Shown here: piece after piece, positions 55,017 to 64,000 of the stretch
Position numbering within the stretch: the first letter of the stretch is position 1
Layout: each line of letters begins with the position of its first letter
From: the human T2T-CHM13v2.0 reference genome, Homo sapiens
DNA: 64,000 bases
Strand: one strand, 5' to 3'
Assembly: GCF_009914755.1 (NCBI RefSeq)
Contig: NC_060940.1
Program-made: the position numbers and the translations under genes
Notes under the pieces: model-generated
Seen by the model: only the letters and a program-made list of their open reading frames with translations
What the model was told of the DNA's origin: nothing
The model's database searches: none

Positions 55017-55330
55017 GGTGGGGGGGCGCAGTGACTCATACCTATAATCCCAGCATTTTCGTAGGCCAAGGTGGGAGGATTGCTTGAGGCCAGGAATTTG
55101 AAACCAGCCTGAGCAACATACTGAGACTCTCAGCTCTACAAAAAATAAAATAAAATAAAATAAAATAAAATAAAATAAAATTATCAAGTGTAGTTGCATG
55201 TGCGTGTAGTCCTAGCTACAATGGAGGCTGAGGTAGAATTGCTGGATCCCAAGGCTGCAGTGAGTTTTGATTGTACCACTGCATTCCAACCTGGGTGACA
55301 GGAAGATGCTGGTTCTAAAAAGAAAAGAAA
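55017..55330 (+). mobile_element. Alu (AluJ-like) containing the inner duplication breakpoint
   Basis: Full Alu here; only its last ~50 nt appear, inverted, on the left arm at ~34260-34315. Confidence 0.88.
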
Positions 55331-58300
55331 AGTACACCTTGCTTGAGTAATCTAAACAAAATATGTACATAATGCACCAAGTTACAGATGCGTTTGATTC
55401 AGGGACTGATCCTTTAGCACATCACCCTTGTAGCCAAGTCAAATTCCAAGCTAGTAGAACAATAAATGCCCTCAAAAAATGCATAGTTGACTGAGTTCAT
55501 TGGTCTGCTTAATATACTTTCATGAGTCACCTTACTTTCCAAATAAAGTCCAAACTCAATATCATGCAATACAGTGACAACTGCCTCTGTCATTTCTGTA
55601 AAGTTGGACCTGATACTGAAATAAGACTGAATGTAAATGAGCTGGCTCCTCCCCTCCAAGTTATTTACGTACAAGTTCCTCTTCTATCTACAGATAATAG
55701 CGTGAAGTCTGGGGCACCTCATGCCATCAACACATTTACAAATGCACTTTCCCGGTTGGAGCCTGGGAATCCTCCAGAGCTAATGATTGATTGGGGATGT
55801 CAAGAACATACCATTCTGTATCACAGAGCTTGTAAGAATTACCTCTTGGGTTTGGGGGTTATTGGAACATGTGGCCTCCTTTGTCTTAAAGATCTTACAG
55901 GATGGATTTTCTCTAATGTTTTGGGAAGCTGCTATAGCAGTTTCTATGCAGCCCTCTGAACATACAAACCTTGCCTTAGACTGAGATGGTCATTGCTCCA
56001 TTATTAGTGTAAGTTGGATACCTCCTCAACAGGACCATGCCGTCGATGAATTAGTGCGGTGGATCCTAAATGTGGATTTTGAACGTGTTGCCTCAGGACA
56101 TGATTACATTGAGGAGGTATTGTGGTAGTTTTACATCACATCCACTAATTCTTTGACATACCTCCCATCCAGAGCTGGAATCTGTCCCTTCTCCTGGAAT
56201 CTGAATTGACATTAGCGGCTCATTGATTAGGTAATTTCTGAGACTAAATCTTCATAGGTGATTTAACCTTAATTGTATTTGTAGGTTCAAATCACCTAGT
56301 AAAAGTCTGAGGCCACTGTGCTGTGAGGAAGTCCTGGCCACATGCAGGTGCCTCTTGTAGGTGTTCCAGCCAACAGCCCCAGCTGAAACCCCATGAGTGA
56401 AGCTTCCTTCCACTCATCCCAGATAGAATACTTCAGCTTGAGTTACTATAACAAAATATCATAGATTGGAAGACTTCAACCCCAGACATGTATTTCTCAC
56501 AGTTCTGGAGGCTGGGAAGTGCAAGATTAAGGTGCTGGCTGATTAATTTCCTGGTGAGGGTTCTCTTCCTGGCATGCAAACATCTGCCTTCACACTGTGA
56601 GCTGTCCTCAGCATACCCTTTGGATTCCCACCTGTCCAGAGGGGGCCAAGGTGGCAGGGGGCTGGTGGGTCAGCAGTGCCCCAGCCTGTCCACACCTAGC
56701 CAGGCTGTGACAGTGCCAGGGCTCAGCCCCAACCATGCTTGGATATCAAAGTGAGCACCAGGAGTGGGGAGAGGCCAGGCAGCAGGAGTAGACATCCCCA
56801 AACCTGTGGGGACAGGAGGCACCTTCCCGGGCCCCTGAAGGGACAGAGTGCAGACACGCTCCAGCGTAGAGCCACGGCAGGGCAGCTGCAGCTGCATCCA
56901 AGGGGCTCTCACCTCACCAACTTAGAAGGGGTGGGGCTCCTGTTTGTCCCTGGCTCCCGCTGGCTCCATGGAGCATGCAGCTTCAGCTGTGCCTCCTCAC
57001 AGCCTGGGGTGGGGAATCCAGGTCCTTGCTGGCCCTGGGCTGGTGTCTGGGGCAGGGGCGACATTGCCATGAGCTCCCCTCCATGGCCCTGGTGCTCAGG
57101 GCTGGCCTGGGGCTCCACCTTGCCTGGCTCATGGCCCTGCCTTGTGGGGGCACCTCCAGGAGTGAATTGCAGGTTCCAGGACTGGCCATCAGGAGTGTCA
57201 GGCTTAGTAGTCACCCTGATGTGGGGTGGAACCTGGGGATGTGGCCCTGGGTGGCCCCAAGCAGAGCCTCTTCCCGAAGTGCAGGAACCTGGTGCCCTCA
57301 ACAAGTGGGTATGGTGGCCATACTGCTGGCCAGGGCCCCGAAGTGGATGCTGCTCCAACCTCTTGCTCTGGGCTCCTGAAGTGCTGCCAAAGCTCCATGC
57401 CCCAGGCCTGGCACCCATGTTCCATGTGCAAGCACTGCACCACCCTGGGCCCAGTTCCACCTTGGGGCCCCCTTCTGCCAGACCTCACTGCTCCTCCGCC
57501 AGTGGGCAACTCATCCTGGACCCATTGCAGCAGCTTTCAGGGCTTCCAGGGCTCCCAGGGCTCCCAGGGGCAGGCTCAGGGCCTGTCTACCTCTTGTCCA
57601 TGCCCTTCTTGCAGTGGCAGGGAGCAAGAGTGGTGATGCGGGGTCAGGGTCTGGAGTGGTGGAGGCTCTGGTCCTGGGGGCAGGTCTTGCCTGGCCACAC
57701 AAAGCTGGGGTTGGTGCAGTTGGCTGCCTTGGGGATGCAGGGCACAGGGGTCTCCCCACTGCCACTGCTGCTCTCACAGTTGCTTCTGCCACCACCGCTT
57801 GCACCTCCCCACTATGGCTGGCAAAGTGGCAGTGGCCACTCCAGATGGCCCACCACTGCCATCAATCCCCCCTCTGAAGACGTACATCTAACTGCTGTAA
57901 GGATAGGGATGATGACCACTCTTAACTGCTTCATGCTGACATGGGGTGTTGTTTTGAGGAAAACGGCAGTTGGATCTCTCTCAGAGACCTATCTAAGGAT
58001 CCCTGGTAAAAAGGGAGCTATTGTGTGAGGCTCCAGTTGCATTACCGCTTGGAGTTTGATGGGCCATCCCTCTTGTCTCTTCTCAGCTGCAGTCATAAAT
58101 CACTGGTTGGTTCACAAGAATATGCTTTACTCAATTGTCAAAAGCTGCAAATAACTCAAAAGAACAGCTTCTTTGACTCTGAAAAGCAAAACAACGGATT
58201 AGCAATGTTCTAAGCAAGAGGTCAAAAATATTACTTCAGTCTTCCATTAGTTCAGTCCACCCAGTCAACTCTTGTTCGCAGTCTCTAAAGTTATCAAAAA

Positions 58301-61300
58301 CCTGCCCTTGAGGACTATAATCCATCTTTTGAAGAGGATCAAAATAAGACAATTGTCTGTGAATGTCAAAATGTCCTAGGGTAGTTACAGTCAAAAACAC
58401 GATTGACAAAGAAATTTAGTCACCTCTGTGGTCTACAATAACCCAACAAAATAACCCTAATTATGATTAATAACACATACTCAGACATCAGAATTTTAGA
58501 AATCCCATACTATTTTAGAACACATATTAACATTATTCACTAAAATATAACCTGAAAATTAAACACCACCTTATTTGGACAATCCTGTGTAACTAAACGT
58601 GTCTAATAATCCTGTTTACTTCTCCTTTGGATGCTCCAGGGACCCTCTGTAGCATCCAAATTTAAGGGTTAGAAAAGATGATTTCAAAGCTGAAACTTGA
58701 TATTGGGAAGCCTACCAAATATGTTGAAAGCTTAAAACACTTAATAGAATTTCAGATTACCATAAGTCATCCATTTAGCTAAAATAGATCATTTAAATTT
58801 TGAAAAACAAAAACCTTTACTCATTAAGAGAGAAGACCAAGTTTTCCAAGCAATCTAACTTTTGTCCTTCCCTTCTTTTTTTGGAAGTTTATTCACAAGG
58901 CAAACAAAAATCTTCCATTACACTAAAATCTTGTTCAAGCAAGAGAAAGCCAAATTTCACCCTTGCATTAGTCAACTATTAATGTCAACCTCATTTTTTG
59001 GTAATGAAACCTTACAGAAAAATCCATCCAATCTGAGTTTGACCATGAAGTGAGATTCTTATAAACCTTTTATAACCCTTTATACCTTCCACAATTTGTT
59101 CAAACCTTTAACTTGCCAGGAATTCTTTAACCCTCTAAACTTATGCAGAAATTTACATTCCCATGCCTTCTTATAATCTTTTACCAAAACCACATTTTAC
59201 TCTCCTTACAAACTTTGCATGTAAATCTATTTTCACTAGTCTCCACTATATATTACAAAGTTAACTCTCAGCCATTTTAATTTTGGTTTAAAACCTGGTA
59301 AGTTATTTTAATTATGTATTAGGTGTGGATAAGATCTGACTTTTTCCAGCATAGTTAGTGGTGTGGTTAACTCCATATGTCCCCAGGCCTTACCAACTGT
59401 AAAGCAGGCAAGTTGAACAGTTTTCAAAAGCCAAAGAAGCAGTTTATGACCTTAAAGCATTTAGCAAGCCTAATATCTGAATTATTTCAGATATGAACTG
59501 CATGTCTACATAATTTGGATCACATGTGTACATTTTGAAGACATTTTCATTTTATGAATAATCTTTAAAACTCTTTTTATTTCTCAAAGATTAAAGTCAT
59601 GTCAACTAAAAGGCATTACAGCTTCTATTTTTTGTTAAGAATATTTGATATAAGCACTTATTTTCCCTCAGCCAATCAATTAGAGCTCTTTTATATAAAC
59701 ATCACACACATAACACATATATAACTACAAAGACAGACAGAAGGAAATCCAGGAATTGTCAGATTTTTCATGTGCTAATCTCTTAATTGGATTACTGGCC
59801 TCAGGGTTGAGCCCTTCAAGAAACAGAACTAGGAAAACATGCAGTTTCTAAGGCCTAATAGACAGGCACAGATTTTGAGAGAGATTCCTGGGGTTCTGTG
59901 AGGGTAACAGGTTTTTCCCAAAACAGGGTCAGTGGTGCCTCCTCCATTTTCCCAAGGAGTCCCAGGCCATCCGAAGTTATCCTAGGGCCTCTCATGTGTG
60001 CAGTAAGAGTGGCAAGACAAAATGGGGGAAAATAATTCAGTCAACTGAGAAGAAAATCCTTTTTTTCCAGAAAAACAAGATCCACAAAGAGACATCAAGT
60101 CCTGTTAAATATACCTATAGCTTGGATATCCATTTTAATTAAGCTGACTTTTAACCATAGCTCTCCTTTTTAAGAAGTCCTTTTAAATCTCTTATTACCT
60201 AACCTTAGCCGTGCCAAATGGCCAATACTTCTGGCTTTTGAACTCATAGGGAGGCAGAGAATACAGTCATTTTTCACCATTCTTGCAACCACTTTGTACA
60301 GAGACAGAGGGAGAGGCCAGAAATCTGACTGGTAGGAACTTTTACCCTTTGCCTGCATGTCAGGCTTCTGGGTTCCCTTCCCCTGAGCCATGGAGTCCTG
60401 TGCAGGGGAACAGACAAAGAACAGTTGTCCCTCCTCAAGAGATTGCCAAGCAGTTTAAGATTTGAGAAAATTAAACTCTCCCCAGGATGCATCTGAGGGG
60501 AGTGTCCTGTGGTACAGAGACATGATTAACCATCTGTGAAAAGAGGACAGAGGAAGAAAAGAAAAGTTTTTTTTCCTTTCTCCAGAGTCTGAGGTCCAAA
60601 GGAGTTTCCATGATTTAGGATGCACTCATGAGGAGTGCAGTGCAGGCTGAAGATGATTGGTTACTCATCTGGAAAGAGGGGAAAAAGGCATCCCTTTGTT
60701 CCTTTTTCTTTCTAACTAACACCCAGGGTACATAAGGGAGGGAAAAGAAGGCATTCCTTTCTTTCTTTTGACCTTATATCCCTGAGTCCCAGTGACCTGT
60801 GAAGGTGCCGACCCTGGGGGCAAGAAGACCTTCACCCACGAAATAGGGAAGCATAGCTGGCAGAAATATTCACACTCACCTGGGCGGTGCCGAAGCCTCC
60901 CACTGTCAGTAAGCTTTGAGTTTCCTAGATCTTATCTATGTCATGGATGTGAGCATGACCTCCATCCACGGAGTGAGAGGGCCTAATCAACAGCAATAGT
61001 CGTGCTCACCTGTGCTGTGCCCCTTGATTCCCACTGTCAGTAACCTTTGGTCTAGTGTTCCATTCCAGGACTTCAAACCAAAGCTTTGGAACAAAAGGTG
61101 CCTCAGGAAGGTGTATGGACCCATTAAGTTAGTCCCAGGTGGCCCTCACCAAATTGCAGCTAGGAACTGGAGGGGGCAGCTCCTCTGTTGCTTCCCTATC
61201 ATAAGCAGGTGGAGCTGTGGGACCAGGTCCTCCTCAAACAAGGGAGAGAAAGGGAGTCCCAAGAATTGGGCACCTGGCCTAATAAGGTTCCTCCCAAAAG

Positions 61301-64000
61301 GAAAAACAGCTAATCCCTCACATAGAAAAGCTCCATGTATTTACAGGACTATGTTGACTCCGGACATGGTGGAGGAAGGAGACCTGATGCCCCTCATGGT
61401 TGTGCCAAGAAAGGAGGGGGTCCTAGATTGGAGAGGAGAACTGAAAGGCCCACTCCAGAGTCCAGGAGGAGGTCCACCCTCTTTCCTTTGACCCCTAGAA
61501 TCACCTGGGGCTCCTGGGTGGCACTGGCCTTCTGAACTACCAGAGCTGGGGAGAGGAACCCTGGGACCCATCAGTACTACTGCACCATTTGGAATACTGG
61601 CCCTGGACCCAGTGACCCACATCTCTGGGGACAGTTCGCTTTCCAATGGTCCTCACTGCAAACTTGACAGGGTCAAAGTGGCTTCCCCCTGCTGTCCTAA
61701 AGTGCCCTAGGCTACCATATTTGCAGCAGTCAGCAGGTGCATCTCAGGGACTCTGGAGTCCATGAGCCCACAAGACCGCTCTTAGAACCTCTGCCTTTTT
61801 CCTGTAACTCTCCTCTCTTTTCTGGACTTCCTCCCAATTCCTACTGCAAAAGATGGAGGTGGCCACTCCCAGGAGGCCCTCAAAAGTACCATCTGGTCCC
61901 GCAGCCCATTTCTGCAGCCCCCTCCTGACTTCAGGGGCCACCTGTGTAATAAATTCATCCCCTGGGACCAGCTGTCCCTCTACTAAATTGGGAGATAGAG
62001 AGGTGTATTTTACCAAGCCCCTTCTTAGCCTTCCCATGATGGCAGTGGGATTCTCATCTAATCCCTGGATATCCACCACGGATAGCTTGGTGTAATTGAG
62101 AGGCTTAGTCCTAGTCCTTCATAAGCTCTCCAGTATCCACATCTGAAAATGTTTCCTCTTCCACTCTCCTATTTCATCATTGGGGTCCCATTTAGAGTCC
62201 TCCAATGATATTGCTATTCTTCCAATCAGATAAGACTCATTCCCTTCCCTGGCCCAATATGAGATAGAAAGCTCATCCCCCAAATTGCCTGCTGCTTGCA
62301 GGGTGGCCTGCTTTTCAACGGTAGTCAGGGTTTGATTTAAAAGTAATATGACATCCTTCCAGAAGAGTTCAAATACTTGGAAAGTCTCTATATACCTGTC
62401 AGGGCCTTCTGAATACTTGTCAAGATCCCTTTTAATTTGCCCTAAGTCCTGAAAAGAAAAGGGGACCTGGAACTTAATGGGGCCATATTCACCAGGCATG
62501 TGTTATGGGGACAGTTGAGATTGGATCTTGCCTAAAACCAAAATTTCTAGGCTAAGTCAAGCTTGAGAGACAACCCAGATAGGGAGGAGCAAAGGGAATT
62601 GATTCCCCTGCGGGAGGTACCTCTGAGGTTTGCTTTCCTAGTTCCCTGGGATTGACCCTTCCAGCCTCTCCCAAGGTGGCCACTAGGAGAGTTGAATCAA
62701 TACTACAATGTTGGCCTAGGTCCAGATTACCCTGCAAAGCAAAGAAGGCCTGCATATATGGGACCTCAGAACATTTGTCCCTGTGTTTAAAGAAAAGGAC
62801 CAGCTGTAGGATGGTATTGAAATTAATGCTTCCCTCGTGAGGCCATTCTTCTTTTCTGTGCCTCGGGTGCTTGGCACTAAGTTGGCAATGAAGGAAATGA
62901 CAAGAACATTTCTGCCACAAATTTACCTACAGATACTAAGGCACATTTTGTTTCATCTGTGCTAATCTTAGCCTTCAATTTTATACGTTTGACCACTAAG
63001 CCAAATGCTCATTCTACCCAGTAATATTATCTCTGTGGTTTGCAACATGCTTAACATTTAACATTGTACATAAAGAAGAGATATGAACTATGACAATCAT
63101 GACAGAAAAAACAATAGAAAAGACTGGACACCTTAACAGGTGGTCAGGGACCAGGTCCATGGGCCTTTGGATAACACAGGTGTAGCCTCGGCCAGATACC
63201 CTCAGTTGACCCAGGACCTCCTTCCGGTCCCACCTGAGGGCTAGACCGCCATGAAGGGAAACTGGATTGGAACAAAGCCAACATTCCCAACATCTGAGGA
63301 TGATGGGGGATTGACAGCATCCTCCCCAGCAAGCCTGTCCTCCGTGTTGTAAGTCTGGCAGCCACACTAGGCACTTTTAACTGACTGAGACCCAGTATTT
63401 TTCTTTCATCTTCATTATTGTGGCATTTAGGGACTCCAAGAAAGGATGGAAAGAACAGATCCATTTTTACTCACCCTTCTGCGGATTCCAGACAAGCCCC
63501 CAAAATGTTACAAGATCTTGGGGGTGTTGCTATTCTGGCAGGAATCTTTTGTGCCCCTGCTGCAGCAGGGCGGACAGCTCCAGGTGCTGGCATGGGCGCC
63601 AGGCTCAAATGGGCACCTTGGCTAGCACCAAGGGGCACCTGCAGACCAGTGGCAAGCTGCCCTCAGCCCTAGTCTCGGCCTTCCCCCCACCAAGTTCGTT
63701 GGGGCCCAAAGGCCACAGGGTGCTGAGGTGGTAGGGGACTGGAGTGTCAGTGCTGCCCCAAGCGTGCGAAAACAGTGCCCAGGCTCAGCCCCAACTTTGT
63801 GGGCACTGGGATGGGGAGAGGCCAGGCAACGAGGGCAGACACCCCCAAGCCTGTGGAGGAAGGGAGATCTTCCCAGGCCCCCGAGGGTGCGGAGTGAAGA
63901 GACTTCTGGCTCAGAAGCCCCGGCAGGTCAGCTGCAGTTGCACGAGATGGGGAGGTGGCTCCCACCCCACCAACTCAGAAGGGACAGGGCTCCTGCTTGT
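55278..64000 (-). repeat. Right arm of inverted segmental duplication (continues past window end)
   Basis: Reverse complement of 25524-34315; window end maps to 25524 after allowing for the 67-bp indel. Confidence 0.98.
56599..64000 (-). mobile_element. Second (mirror) copy of the MER52-type ERV1 provirus
   Basis: 3' LTR ~56599-57864, gag/pro ~61380-62850, PBS ~63485-63503, 5' LTR from 63506 to window end. Confidence 0.85.

Noticed and set aside
55522-55959. 145-aa ORF sharing a frame with the 100-aa ORF at 48671
   Set aside because: Similarity follows from DNA duplication; the frames diverge at both ends and no protein family is recognisable

Overview
Primate (most likely human 16p12.3) genomic DNA. 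Bases 2519-19683 (+) hold the last 11 coding exons of an ACSM2-type mitochondrial medium-chain/xenobiotic acyl-CoA synthetase; residues recalled as paralog-specific point to ACSM2A. All splice sites are GT-AG and the frame is intact through to TGA. Downstream is a large inverted segmental duplication: 25524-34315 mirrors 55278-64000 (coordinates sum to 89591 over most of the arm). The arms flank a ~21 kb unique, repeat-rich spacer, and the right arm runs out of the window, presumably toward the convergent paralog ACSM2B. Each arm carries a non-autonomous MER52-type ERV1 provirus (tRNA-Pro PBS, gag/pro/env remnants, no pol) nested inside MaLR LTRs. Points worth follow-up: (1) a duplicated splice acceptor in an ACSM2 intron that would give an immediate stop codon; (2) a template-switch-like scar at the inner duplication junction; (3) a sharp identity step within the arms; (4) CpG retention in the 5' LTR only; (5) an old triplicated ~470 bp element with AP-1/ARE, HNF4-like and HNF1-like motifs; (6) a CpG-rich hairpin next to a CTCF-like motif in the spacer. 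I found no convincing new protein-coding system. Repeat family names come from recalled consensus sequences and need RepeatMasker/Dfam confirmation.
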